Of a stretch of DNA of 64,000 nucleotides, positions 42,318-55,423 are shown in pieces (the first letter of the stretch is position 1; each line of letters starts with the position of its first letter). A program made the position numbers and the translations under genes. Source of the stretch: Ruminococcaceae bacterium UBA1767 (GTDB taxonomy: Bacteria > Bacillota > Clostridia > Oscillospirales > Acutalibacteraceae); contig DCGX01000057.1 of NCBI GenBank assembly GCA_002315505.1, positions 2,240 to 66,239 on the forward strand. The letters run 5' to 3'. The notes beneath the pieces were generated by a model. That model made no database searches. It saw only the letters and a list, made by a program, of their open reading frames with translations, and was not told where the DNA came from.

Positions 42318-43808
42318 TTATCTTGTTACAAAAGCATTTCTGATTGCCTGTGGAAGAAGAACTGCGATGTAGCTCTTAAGCATATTAACAAATGCATTAA
42401 CAAAATTTGTGATAAATGAGCCTGCATTCTCAACTGTACCTGTCTTAAGGTCACTTTCCTCTGCCTTTGCAGTACCGATATCCTTCTTGATTGCGTACTG
42501 GTCAATCTGTGTGATTTCCTTTGTATCATCATCAACAAGGTAGCTCTTAACGATGAGCTTATCGTTGTCAATTTCAGTTGTGAGGAAGCATCCGCCCATA
42601 TCTCTTGTTGACATTCTGAATGCACAGCACTCTGTAATCGGGTCAATACCATCATGAACTGTGTATCTCTTTGTGCCTGCTGTTGACGGAAGAATATGAA
42701 CTGTTCCCTCAGGATTTACTGCGAATGTAACCTCTTCGCCCTTGTAATTCTCTGTTACATATGTAACATTGCTTACAACTGCGTCACCCTTAACCTGCTG
42801 TGAACGATAGTAGCAATGGTCATGACCTGCATATACCATATCTATGTCAAGCTCATCGAAGAGAGGAAGCAATACATCACGCATGATGATTGTGTCAGGC
42901 TTGTTGATGTTCTTACCCTCAGCATAAGCTGCACGATGCATGAATACAAACTTCCAGTCTGCATCTGACTGCTTCATATCGTTGATGAGCCAGTTTCTCT
43001 GTGACTGTGTCATCGGATACATATCGTTAGTATTGAGAACTGCAAAATGAGCGTTGCCGTAATCGAATGAATAGTAAACACCGTTAACCCAGTTTGTGCT
43101 TGAATCTGTGTTTGCGTTGCTGAGATTGAACATTGAATCAAATACACCGATATTAAGCTTGTTTGTTATATTGCCGTCATGGTTACCGGCAACAGGTGCA
43201 AATGTTGTGTTCATATTTGAGAATGCGAAGTTGGCGAAATAATTATCCCACTCTTCGTTTGTATTATCATTTACGAAGTCACCGAGGTTAACTGTAAACT
43301 CTGAATCCGGAAGAACCTGAATTGCTCCCTTCAATACGCAGGCAGCCTGTGCGAAATTCTCATATGAGCTTGCCTGAACGTCAGCGATAGTGATAAAAGA
43401 GAACTGATTGTCGCCGTCATCTGTTTTGAATGTACCAACTTCGCTCCAAAGATTATTTGCAGCGTCACCGACACGATACTTGTATTCTGTACCTGCTGAA
43501 AGGTCACTAACTGTAACCTTATGGCAGAACTTATTGCGGAACATTTCTTCTGTTCCCGAATAAGTTGTTGCTGTATCAAAAGAGCCTGTAAATTCAGCAG
43601 CCTTTACAATCTGAACATCTGAATCAGACCAGTTATCTGTGTACCAGCAGAAGCCTCTTGATGTTTTGGAATCTCCGTTAAATGTGCATGATACTCTTGT
43701 CACCTTGTCTGTTGCTTCACCTTCAGCACTTGCAGAGAATGCGGCACCGCCGATAATCACACAAAAGCAAAGTAAAACGCAGAGTAATTTTTTAGAAATA
43801 TTTTTCAT
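42318..43808 (-). CDS. secreted metallophosphoesterase with PAP-like N-terminal domain (paralogue of 3117-4547)
   Basis: Signal peptide; VTVSDLSAGTEYKYR FN3-like block; GDFVND, GNHD, GHDH calcineurin-like motifs. Confidence 0.7.
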   Translation of the reverse strand: MKNISKKLLCVLLCFCVIIGGAAFSASAEGEATDKVTRVSCTFNGDSKTSRGFCWYTDNWSDSDVQIVKAAEFTGSFDTATTYSGTEEMFRNKFCHKVTVSDLSAGTEYKYRVGDAANNLWSEVGTFKTDDGDNQFSFITIADVQASSYENFAQAACVLKGAIQVLPDSEFTVNLGDFVNDNTNEEWDNYFANFAFSNMNTTFAPVAGNHDGNITNKLNIGVFDSMFNLSNANTDSSTNWVNGVYYSFDYGNAHFAVLNTNDMYPMTQSQRNWLINDMKQSDADWKFVFMHRAAYAEGKNINKPDTIIMRDVLLPLFDELDIDMVYAGHDHCYYRSQQVKGDAVVSNVTYVTENYKGEEVTFAVNPEGTVHILPSTAGTKRYTVHDGIDPITECCAFRMSTRDMGGCFLTTEIDNDKLIVKSYLVDDDTKEITQIDQYAIKKDIGTAKAEESDLKTGTVENAGSFITNFVNAFVNMLKSYIAVLLPQAIRNAFVTR

Positions 43809-43973
43809 AACATTCTACCTCCTAAATAGTTAGTTAATTATAACACATTTTTTAAATTTGGTAAATACAAAAATTTGCATTCATTTTTGGCTATAATATA
43901 CAATAATAATAGTCCTCGACATACTTCAAAAATCGTGATATAATATGTACATAATGTATTAGGAGCGATAATA

Positions 43974-44639
43974 ATGGATATGAAAATTTCTCCGTCAATG
44001 ATGTGCGCTGACATCGCAAATTTAAAATCAACGCTGACGGAATTTGAAGAATGCAAAATCGAATATCTTCACATTGATATAATGGACGGCCACTTTGTGC
44101 CGAACTTCACACTTGGTACAGATTATTGCAAAGCACTTAAAAAGCTGACAAGCATTCCACTCGACATTCATCTTATGATAAATGACCCTGAGCTTAAATT
44201 GGAATGGTTCGACTTCGGTGAGGGCGATATTGTTTCTGTCCACGCAGAAAGCACAAAGCATTTGCAAAAAGCTCTTGCGTTCGTAAAATCAAAGGGTGCA
44301 AAGGCTTTTGTTGCAATCAATCCCGCAACTCCGCTTTGCTTGCTTGATGAAATAATCAATGATATTGACGGTGTTCTTGTTATGGCGGTAAATCCCGGCT
44401 TTGCAGGACAGAAAATGGTGCCGAATGCACTCGAGAAAATCCGCAGAGTACGTGATTATCTTGACAATAACGGATATAATGATAAAGAAATTGAGGTTGA
44501 CGGAAATGTCAGCTACGAAAATGCCATAAAAATGAAGCAAGCGGGTGCTAATATTTTTGTTGCAGGAACATCGAGTGTGTTCAATCCGAATTACTCGCTT
44601 ACTGATGGTATTGAAAAAATGAGAAATCAGCTGAGGTGA
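43974..44639 (+). CDS. rpe: ribulose-phosphate 3-epimerase family protein
   Basis: HIDIMDGHFVPN, DIHLM, VNPGFAGQK, VDG motifs. Confidence 0.85.
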   Translation: MDMKISPSMMCADIANLKSTLTEFEECKIEYLHIDIMDGHFVPNFTLGTDYCKALKKLTSIPLDIHLMINDPELKLEWFDFGEGDIVSVHAESTKHLQKALAFVKSKGAKAFVAINPATPLCLLDEIINDIDGVLVMAVNPGFAGQKMVPNALEKIRRVRDYLDNNGYNDKEIEVDGNVSYENAIKMKQAGANIFVAGTSSVFNPNYSLTDGIEKMRNQLR

Positions 44640-44643
44640 CAAT

Positions 44644-45534
44644 ATGAAAGCTCTTGTATTCGGCTCACTTAATATTGATAAGGTATATTCACTCCCCCAC
44701 CTGCCCGAAAAGGGTGAAACGCTTTACTGCAAAGGCTATGAGCTACACGTCGGTGGAAAAGGACTTAATCAATCCGTTTCGCTTAAAAAATCCGGCAGTG
44801 ACTCATACATGGCAGGTCTTGTCGGCACAGACGGAAAAATGCTGACGAATTTTCTTGAAAACGCAGGTGTAAACACAGACAATGTCGGCACAACAGACGG
44901 CTTTACAGGTCACGCTGTGATTGAGGTTGATACGGACGGACAGAATCAGATGATTCTTTTTCCCGGTGCAAACGGAGAAATCACTCCGGAATATTGTGAC
45001 AAGGTTCTCGAAAACTTCGACGAGGGTGATTTGATTCTGATGCAGTATGAAATTTCAAGTGTTGAATATCTCATACGTCTTGCAAAGAAAAAGAAGATGC
45101 TTATCGCATTTAATCCGTCACCATATGTCGATGAAATCAAGTCACTTCCGCTTGAATTAATTGATTATCTCATCCTCAATGAGTTTGAGGGACAAAGCCT
45201 TGCGGATGAAAACGATTGTGACAGAGCTGTTGACAAACTCCGAAAGCTAAACGAAAACGGTGCAGTTGTTATGACTCTCGGTGGCGACGGTGTAATCTAT
45301 GCAGACAAAAACGAAAAAGTAAGAGTACCTGCGTTCAAGGTAAATGCCGTTGACACAACAGGCGCAGGCGATACATTCACGGGATATTTTCTTACAGAAA
45401 TTCTCAGCGGAGAAAAACCGAAAGTCGCTTTAAGGAAAGCAAGTGCCGCTTCGGCAATAGTTGTTCAAAAAACAGGTGCGGCAGAAACCATACCCGAGAA
45501 AAAAGAAGTAGAAACATTTCTCAATAATATATAA
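44644..45534 (+). CDS. rbsK: ribokinase (PfkB family)
   Basis: GGKGLNQSV, DTTGAGDTFTGYF, LGGDG motifs. Confidence 0.8.
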   Translation: MKALVFGSLNIDKVYSLPHLPEKGETLYCKGYELHVGGKGLNQSVSLKKSGSDSYMAGLVGTDGKMLTNFLENAGVNTDNVGTTDGFTGHAVIEVDTDGQNQMILFPGANGEITPEYCDKVLENFDEGDLILMQYEISSVEYLIRLAKKKKMLIAFNPSPYVDEIKSLPLELIDYLILNEFEGQSLADENDCDRAVDKLRKLNENGAVVMTLGGDGVIYADKNEKVRVPAFKVNAVDTTGAGDTFTGYFLTEILSGEKPKVALRKASAASAIVVQKTGAAETIPEKKEVETFLNNI

Positions 45535-45538
45535 AAAT

Positions 45539-45572
45539 AATCTCAGACTTTCCAATCGGATTGTCTGAGATT
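45539..45572. terminator. bidirectional terminator between rbsK and ligA
   Basis: Perfect 10-bp stem AATCTCAGAC...GTCTGAGATT with T-runs on both strands. Confidence 0.8.
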
Positions 45573-45575
45573 TTC

Positions 45576-48706
<3,131 letters not shown>

Positions 48707-48734
48707 AATATACTCCTTTGTTTTACTTCCGAAT

Positions 48735-50507
48735 TTATTTCTTTATAAACAGATTCTTAAAATCTTCATCGCTCATATTTGACGGGTCAACATCTGACAG
48801 TTTAGTTTTTTCTTCTTTAATGACTTTTATGCAATCCTCGCATTCCTCAACCGTGTTGCTGAGCATCGAAGTCATTGTCATAAACTGTGCAAGTCTTCCC
48901 ATTTCCACAGGTGTAAACTCTGCGCTGAAATGTGCAAGCTCAATACCCTGTCCGTTTTCTAATTTATAACTTATACTTTCAAAAATTCTGCGGTTAAATT
49001 CCGTAACAAAATCATCCGGGCTGATTTTATCCTTGATTTTCTTATAAAAATCGGGATTATGAAGAATCAGCGCAAGCAAAATATCCTCAGCTCTTGCTGC
49101 TCTTTGATGCTTTGCCCTTTCGGGATTGATATCGTCCTTCGGAGATACTGTTTCACGCATAATTTCCTTAAACTGTTCTTTCTTTTCGGCGGCGGCTCTT
49201 CGTGAATAAGATTTCCGTATCTGAGTTATTATTGCATCCTTGCTGACTCCCATTTCACTCGACAGCTTTGTTGCATACATATCCTGCTCTATAGGATTTG
49301 CCTTTGAAAGAATATCTGCAACAGCCGTAAGAAATTTTGTCTTTCCGTCAAGCGAGTCAAGGTCATATTTGTCCCTTTCACGCAAGATTCCGTATTCAAT
49401 GTCATTTGCCGCACCGTCAAGCAAACTCTGGAATTTTTCCTTGCCGTAGGTCTTGATAATTTCATCGGGGTCCTTGCCTCCTGTCAGCTTGAGGACTCTG
49501 ATTTTAACACCCGTCTGAGAGAAAATTGAAATCGCTCTCTTTGTAGCCTTCTGTCCTGCCTCGTCTGAGTCATATGACAAAATAACCTCATCGGTGTACC
49601 TTGCAACGAGTCTTGCCTGCTCCTGCGTCAGAGCTGTACCAAGACAAGCTATTGAATTTGTAAAGCCTGCCTGGTGAAGTGCGATAACATCCATATAGCC
49701 TTCTGCAACAATCAGCTTTGACGGGTTGCCGTTTTTAGCAAAATTCAATGCAAAAACGCCGTTACTCTTTTTATAAACAAGCGTGTCTGACGTGTTGATA
49801 TACTTAGGCTTCGAATCGTCAAGCACACGACCGCCGAAGGCAATAATGTTTCCTCTCAGGTCGATAATCGGCACCATTGCACGATTACGGAAATTATCAT
49901 AATAGCGAACTTTTCCGTCCTTTTCGCTCTTTCGAACAAGATTTGCATCAAAAAGCTCCTGATTTGTAAAGCCCTTTGAACGCATATATTTCAGCAACGC
50001 ATCCCACGAATCGGGCGCATAGCCCAGACCGAAATGCTTTATTGTTGACATACTTAACCGGCGCTTGCCGTAAAAATAATCAAGACCGATTTTGCCCTGC
50101 GGTGACATCATTGTCGAATAGAAAAACTTTGCCGCTTCTCTGTTTGCCGCAAGAATTCGCTGTCTGTGCTTGGCGAGAGTATCGTCATAGCCGTCATCAG
50201 GCATCCTCATTCCCGCTCTATCAGCAAGGTTTTTGACAGCCTCCACGTAGTCGAGATTCTCGATTCTGCGCATAAATGTAATTGCATCACCGCCTGCACC
50301 GCAACCGAAGCAGTAGAAAGACTGACTGTCGGGATAAACCGTAAACGATGGCGTTTTTTCACCGTGGAACGGGCACAAACCCTTTGAAAGCCGACCCCTT
50401 CTTGATAAATTAACATACTGCGAAATTAAATTTTCAATATCCGTTCTTGCCCGAAGCTCGGTCAAAAACTCTTCACTTATTGCCAAAGTATCACCTACAC
50501 TTTCCAC
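48735..50507 (-). CDS. dnaG: DNA primase
   Basis: [11 protein letters not shown] zinc finger and a Toprim domain ([11 protein letters not shown]...DSDEAG). The exact start is uncertain: GTG at 50507 overlaps the end of dgt. Confidence 0.93.
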   Translation of the reverse strand: MESVGDTLAISEEFLTELRARTDIENLISQYVNLSRRGRLSKGLCPFHGEKTPSFTVYPDSQSFYCFGCGAGGDAITFMRRIENLDYVEAVKNLADRAGMRMPDDGYDDTLAKHRQRILAANREAAKFFYSTMMSPQGKIGLDYFYGKRRLSMSTIKHFGLGYAPDSWDALLKYMRSKGFTNQELFDANLVRKSEKDGKVRYYDNFRNRAMVPIIDLRGNIIAFGGRVLDDSKPKYINTSDTLVYKKSNGVFALNFAKNGNPSKLIVAEGYMDVIALHQAGFTNSIACLGTALTQEQARLVARYTDEVILSYDSDEAGQKATKRAISIFSQTGVKIRVLKLTGGKDPDEIIKTYGKEKFQSLLDGAANDIEYGILRERDKYDLDSLDGKTKFLTAVADILSKANPIEQDMYATKLSSEMGVSKDAIITQIRKSYSRRAAAEKKEQFKEIMRETVSPKDDINPERAKHQRAARAEDILLALILHNPDFYKKIKDKISPDDFVTEFNRRIFESISYKLENGQGIELAHFSAEFTPVEMGRLAQFMTMTSMLSNTVEECEDCIKVIKEEKTKLSDVDPSNMSDEDFKNLFIKK

Positions 50508-51496
50508 GAACGTGGTACAAACAATGCTTCAAAAGTCTGCACCGCATACCTGTCGGTCATACCTGCTATATAATCACAAGCCGCACGCTCAACTCCCTCA
50601 TTTTCACGAATGTGCCTGTATTCATCGGGCATTTCGTCGGGATTTGTCAGAAAATATTCGTACAGCCATTTTATCATCTCAACAGCACGTACCTCTTCTC
50701 CCTTGCATTCGGGATTTGTGTAAACCCTGTCAAACATAAACTTGTGTAGCTCCGCAAATGCGTCAGCACAATCGTCACCGACTATAATATCGTCGACGCT
50801 GTTATCAATAACCGATGTGACGAGCTTGTTAATTCTTTCGGATTTTGAAAATCCGAGCTGTTCTTTGATGTAAATCGGAATATCTCCCTCTGTGAGTATT
50901 CCTGCGTGAATTGCATCATCAATATCATGATTAATATATGCGATTCTGTCAGCAATTCGTACTATTCTTCCCTCGAGAGTAAATGCATCCTCGCCCGATG
51001 TGTGTCTTTCGATTCCGTTGCGGACCTCCTCCGTAAGATTTAGTCCCTTACCGTTTTTTTCAATGACATCAATTACTCGAAGACTCTGCTTATAATGCTT
51101 GAAGCCGTCATAAAAAACGGAGTCAAGCGCTCTTTCACCGGCGTGACCGAACGGAGTATGTCCAAGATCGTGGCCGAGTGCAATAGCCTCAGTCAGGGAT
51201 TCATTAAGTCTGAGCGCAACGGCGATTGTTCTCGCAATCTGCGAAACCTCAAGCGTGTGAGTAAGTCTTGTACGATAATAATCTCCTTCGGGAGAAAGAA
51301 AAACCTGAGTTTTGTGCTTTAAGCGACGGAAGGAATTGCAATGGATAACTCGGTCACGATCTCGCTGAAAGCAGGTTCTGACATCATCCTCTGTTTCTTC
51401 ACGAAGACGACCTCTGCTATTGTCTGCAAAGCAGGCCTTATCGCACAGCAAAATATGCTCATTTTCGCATAATCTTTCACGAACTGTCTTAGCCAA
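50495..51496 (-). CDS. dgt: dGTP triphosphohydrolase-like HD-domain protein
   Basis: HTLEVSQIAR...GHDLGHTPFGH HD motifs. Confidence 0.85.
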   Translation of the reverse strand: MAKTVRERLCENEHILLCDKACFADNSRGRLREETEDDVRTCFQRDRDRVIHCNSFRRLKHKTQVFLSPEGDYYRTRLTHTLEVSQIARTIAVALRLNESLTEAIALGHDLGHTPFGHAGERALDSVFYDGFKHYKQSLRVIDVIEKNGKGLNLTEEVRNGIERHTSGEDAFTLEGRIVRIADRIAYINHDIDDAIHAGILTEGDIPIYIKEQLGFSKSERINKLVTSVIDNSVDDIIVGDDCADAFAELHKFMFDRVYTNPECKGEEVRAVEMIKWLYEYFLTNPDEMPDEYRHIRENEGVERAACDYIAGMTDRYAVQTFEALFVPRSWKV

Positions 51497-51562
51497 AGTT
51501 ATCCCTCCTTACCATCTCTGATTAATATATACTTCTTAAATATTAAAATTCCTTTAAAAAAA

Positions 51563-52180
51563 TTAAAAATTTTCAAAAATTTCTCCGATTTCGACACTTT
51601 TGAACTTTCCGAGGCTCATATCGACAAGCTTTGCGTCAAAGCTCTGCACATCGTCAATCGGCATTTTAAATGTAACAGTTACATTATCTGCAAATTCTGT
51701 ATCATCAATCACTCCGCCTGTTTCGGGAATGAGTGAATTCAATCTTCCGTAAAAATTATAGTCACAGGTTACCTGAAGAATTTTACACATCTTCATTGTA
51801 ATTATCTTTCCTGCCTCAACGGCAATTTTTGCCGTATGGGAGTATGCACGGACAAGTCCGCCCGTACCTAAAAGTGTGCCTCCGAAATATCTTGTTGCAA
51901 CTACAACGCAATCCGTGAGATTTTCTTTTAAAAGAACATCAAGAACAGGAATACCTGCTGTACCCTGCGGTTCTCCGTCATCCGAATACCTTCTCGTCTG
52001 TCCTTCACGAAGAACATAGGCATACACATTGTGAGTTGCATCCCAGTGCTTTGATTTAATTTCGTTGATAAACTCAACTGCCTCTTCCTGCGTTGTGACA
52101 GGCTTGATGTAGCCGATAAATCGGGATTTTTTCTCAACAAATTCATCCTTCGACTGCTCTTTTATTGTCTTGTACTCCAT
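51563..52180 (-). CDS. yigZ: YigZ/IMPACT-family protein
   Basis: KKSRFIGYI...HNVYAY...DDGEPQGTAG UPF0029 signature. The ATG at 52180 follows AGGTGA. Confidence 0.8.
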   Translation of the reverse strand: MEYKTIKEQSKDEFVEKKSRFIGYIKPVTTQEEAVEFINEIKSKHWDATHNVYAYVLREGQTRRYSDDGEPQGTAGIPVLDVLLKENLTDCVVVATRYFGGTLLGTGGLVRAYSHTAKIAVEAGKIITMKMCKILQVTCDYNFYGRLNSLIPETGGVIDDTEFADNVTVTFKMPIDDVQSFDAKLVDMSLGKFKSVEIGEIFENF

Positions 52181-52220
52181 AATCTCACCTGCGCTTTTTA
52201 AAAATAAAAAATCCATAAAA

Positions 52221-52250
52221 CAAAAATACGGCGGTGCAAATTACACCGCC
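52221..52250 (-). terminator. rho-independent terminator of rpmE
   Basis: Minus strand: GGCGGTG-taatttg-CACCGCC followed by gTATTTTTGTTTT. Confidence 0.8.
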
Positions 52251-52264
52251 TTATCTTTATGCAA

Positions 52265-52468
52265 TTATTTCGACAGATTGAAACGCTTATTGAAGCGGTC
52301 AACACGTCCGCCTGTATCAACAAGCTTCTGTTTACCTGTAAAGAACGGATGACATTTTGAGCAAATATCAACACGCAAGTTCTCCTTTGTTGAACGAGTT
52401 ACAATCTCATTACCACAAGCACAGCGAATAACTGTTTCTTCGTACTTAGGATGAATTCCTTCCTTCAT
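52265..52468 (-). CDS. rpmE: 50S ribosomal protein L31 (Cys-containing, type A)
   Basis: MKEGIHPKY...CACGNE...[13 protein letters not shown]. Confidence 0.96.
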   Translation of the reverse strand: MKEGIHPKYEETVIRCACGNEIVTRSTKENLRVDICSKCHPFFTGKQKLVDTGGRVDRFNKRFNLSK

Positions 52469-52557
52469 GTGTTGTCACCTCTTTCGATATATTCACGCAA
52501 AAAGTATTTTAACACAGCTTTTGCTAAATTGCAACTGTTTTTTTAACTTTTTTTAAA

Positions 52558-53355
52558 TTAGAGGATATAAATCGTTACGCCACGTCTGCCGAAATCATAG
52601 CAGGTTGATGACGAAGAGAAATAAAGGTCGCAAAGCGTTGCACTGCTTCCTGTCCAGTAAATGAATCCACCTGTATCCTCTGCTGAAGCATAGCCGTATA
52701 CATACTTACCGTCATTTGATACAATCCACATCTTTGTATGATACGGAATCTGATTCGGATTAACAGCAATGTAGCCCGGTCTTACATTCTTGCCTGTTGC
52801 TGTAACTCCGCCGCCGGAATAAGCAGAAGCTGTACCTGTTAACTTTTTGGAATATGATACAGGAACCAAATCCTTTGTGAGCTTTAATCCACTCGGAACC
52901 TCAAGTGTTGAATACGCTCTGACATTGCTTGCAAGAATTGTGCTGACAGCTGTTGTTGTCGGTCTTGTTGTTGTAATCTTTGTAGTGGTGGTTGTAGTTG
53001 TTTTCTTTGTTGTTGTAGTTGTTGTTGTTTTCTTAGTCGTAGTGGTAGTTGTTGTTGTTTTCTTTGTAGTCGGAGTAGTTGCGGCAGCAGCGCTCTTCTC
53101 CTTGTACGAAACTGTGAGCTTAAGAATTTCAATAGCATCAACCGAATTAATTTTAAGGTCTCTGTTAACATCGGCCTTAATTATTGAATTTACTTTCTTT
53201 GTTGCACCAACAACATACTGTAATACATGCAAAGCATCCTGTGAGTTTACCGCTCCGTCATCATTTGCATCGCCCTTGAGGTCACTCGCATAACCTGCCG
53301 ATACACTTGATACAATAATTAACATAGCCACGATGGCTGCAATTACTCTTTTCAT
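52558..53355 (-). CDS. secreted protein: N-terminal type-I dockerin, Thr/Lys-rich linker, C-terminal 3D (MltA/RlpA-like double-psi beta-barrel) domain
   Basis: Signal peptide. Dockerin pair GDANDDGAVNSQDALHVLQYV / ADVNRDLKINSVDAIEILK. (T7-8 KK)n linker. C-terminal TGTASAYSGGGVTATGKNVRPGYIAVNPNQIPYHTKMWIV...AEDTGG typical of 3D domains. Confidence 0.65.
   Translation of the reverse strand: MKRVIAAIVAMLIIVSSVSAGYASDLKGDANDDGAVNSQDALHVLQYVVGATKKVNSIIKADVNRDLKINSVDAIEILKLTVSYKEKSAAAATTPTTKKTTTTTTTTKKTTTTTTTKKTTTTTTTKITTTRPTTTAVSTILASNVRAYSTLEVPSGLKLTKDLVPVSYSKKLTGTASAYSGGGVTATGKNVRPGYIAVNPNQIPYHTKMWIVSNDGKYVYGYASAEDTGGFIYWTGSSATLCDLYFSSSSTCYDFGRRGVTIYIL
52978..53090. repeat. imperfect tandem repeat of 27-30 bp, about 3.5 copies, encoding the Thr/Lys linker
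   Basis: Units of the type TTTGTTGTTGTAGTTGTTGTTGTTTTC on the plus strand; in-frame coding repeat. Confidence 0.7.
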
Positions 53356-53388
53356 AAAAAATTCTCCTTGATTTAGAAATCGAGGAGA

Positions 53389-53417
53389 ATTATAGCATAT
53401 ATATTACATTTTGTCAA
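53389..53417 (-). promoter_or_regulatory. sigma-A promoter of the dockerin-3D gene
   Basis: Minus strand: TTGACA (53417-53412), 17-nt spacer, TATAAT (53394-53389). Confidence 0.65.
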
Positions 53418-53440
53418 TAAATAGTTACAAAAAGTTACAA

Positions 53441-53836
53441 CTACTGTTTTATTTCTATGAATCTCGGTAAGTCCCGTGACGTAATCTGATAAATTCCTGC
53501 ATACTCACCAACGAACACTACGGATATCTCATTTTCACCCGGAGCAAGTGTAAATTTATTGTTATCGGTACTCTTTTCGTACGCAACAAGCGTCGGATTT
53601 GTGAGAAGTCCGATTTCAACATCTTCCTTATCGTAAGCGGTTATTTCAACTGTTTTTTCGGATGATGAAATATTTACAACATTGAGTACGCACTCTATAT
53701 AAACCTTATCCTCACCCGTGTAAAAATCAACAAAATAGCTTTTATCGCTGTTGTCAAGAATCACTGCATTTTCACCGCAGGATGAAAGTGCGAACATCAT
53801 AACCAAAGAAAGAAATACAGGTAATAATCTTTTCAT
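53441..53836 (-). CDS. hypothetical small lipoprotein
   Basis: Lipobox LSSC after a signal peptide (MKRLLPVFLSLVMMFALSSCG). The ATG lies 1 nt after the stop of the upstream M20 gene. No clear SD. Confidence 0.5.
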   Translation of the reverse strand: MKRLLPVFLSLVMMFALSSCGENAVILDNSDKSYFVDFYTGEDKVYIECVLNVVNISSSEKTVEITAYDKEDVEIGLLTNPTLVAYEKSTDNNKFTLAPGENEISVVFVGEYAGIYQITSRDLPRFIEIKQ

Positions 53837-53837
53837 A

Positions 53838-55323
53838 TTACTTATCAGAAACAACCTTAATGTACTCTCTGAAGAAAATTACACTTTCGCCGAGGGCCTT
53901 AATTGGCACTCTTTCGTTTGTTGCGTGAGTATTAAGGAAGAGTGCAAGCGAAACATCAAACGGAGCGAAACGAAGAATGTTATCGCAAACCTCACCATAG
54001 AAATATGAGTCTGTACCGCCCATAACAAGATACGGTGCAACAACAACGTGGTCGGGATGAAGTCCGTTTTCAACCTTACGGATTGCCTGGAAAGCACGTG
54101 AGCTTGTCGGAGAGAATTCAGATGCCTCTTTCGGGTTCATTCTTTCAATGTCAATGTCCTTATATCTTACAACCTTGCGGATATGCTTTTCAACATCATC
54201 AATTGTGTCACCCGGAAGTGTACGGAAGTTACAGGTGATATTCGGTCTTTGCGGAAGAACGTTTGCAGCAGGACTACCCTCACACATTGACACACTTGTA
54301 ACTGTACGAAGAACGCTTGCTGCAGCTGAAATTCTTGTCAATACAAACTTAAGCAATGGTCTCAGAATAGGAAGATTGCACATTACAACTCTTCCGGGAT
54401 ATTTTGCCTGTCTGCCTATTGTATCAAAAAGCTCTGTCATAAACGGAAGCCAATGTGATTTAAACTGATGTGATTCAAGGTCCTGAACAGTATTTGCGAG
54501 CTTAGCCATACCCGAGTGAACAGGAGCGGCAGATGTGTGACCGCCTTTATCGTGCAATGTGATTTTCATATCAACATAGCCTTTTTCAGCAACACCGACA
54601 GCGGCGAGCTTTGTATCAATAATGCCCTTAACGTCAAGAGTAATCAAGGCACTGCCTTCATCAAGAACACTGTCAAGATGAATTCCTCTTTCCTTAAGCA
54701 AATCAGCTATCTTCTTGGCACCACAATACTCTTCGGAGCAAGATTCTTCGTTATGACCGAAGCAGAGATAAACATCTCTTTCAGGCTGGAAGCCCTGAGC
54801 CATAAGTGATTCAACAGCCTCCATAACGCATACAAGATGGTTCTTCATATCAAGTGCGCCACGACCCCATACGAATTCATCATCAATAAATCCGCTGAAT
54901 GCATCGTGTTCCCAATCGCCTTCTGTGCCCTCTGCAACAGGAACAACGTCCTGATGAGCGAGCATTCCCATTGGTTCAAGATCCGGATTCTTTCCCTTCC
55001 AGATGTAAAGAAGGCTACCCTTGTCAACAATTTCTTTTGTAGTGTTTTTTGCAATAAGAGGATATTTTTCGTCAAGATAATTTCGGAGCTTTTCAAACTC
55101 TCCCCAGTCTACACCCTCGTCCTTTGCACGGGAAATAGTCTTGAATTTAATGACATCAGAAAGATGTTCCGCAACCTTCATTTCATCAACGTCATACTTT
55201 TCAATCTTATGCTCTTCAATTTTCTCCGGCTTATAAAATGCAGCTCTGATTAATGTGATAACAATAAACACTGCAAGTATAGCCAGAACGCCGAGTAGAA
55301 TTTTCAAACCCACAAAATCAAAT
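53838..55323 (-). CDS. membrane-anchored M20/M25/M40-family metallopeptidase (carboxypeptidase-like)
   Basis: HQDVVP, GRGALDMK, GHNEE, LDEGS, GGTDS ligand motifs and an N-terminal TM anchor. A GTG start near 55323 is preferred because the track start at 55391 lies inside the neighbouring terminator. Confidence 0.75.
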
Positions 55324-55390
55324 CCTTTACATATAATAGTCACAATTTTATCATAAACTAATAATAATGTCAATCTAAAAAAGCAAAACA

Positions 55391-55413
55391 AAAGAGCGGA
55401 TAACCGCTCTTTT
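55391..55413 (-). terminator. rho-independent terminator
   Basis: AAAGAGCGG-ataa-CCGCTCTTT, followed by a T-rich tract on the minus strand. Confidence 0.75.
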
Positions 55414-55423
55414 AAAAACCTAA

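Noticed and set aside
53362-53389. A TTCTCCT...AGGAGAA hairpin could sequester the RBS of the dockerin-3D gene, as a thermometer or riboswitch-like element.
   Set aside because: The upstream arm lies between the -10 box (53394-53389) and the predicted transcription start, so it would not be part of the mRNA made from the only good promoter. It may be coincidental or a DNA-level operator.
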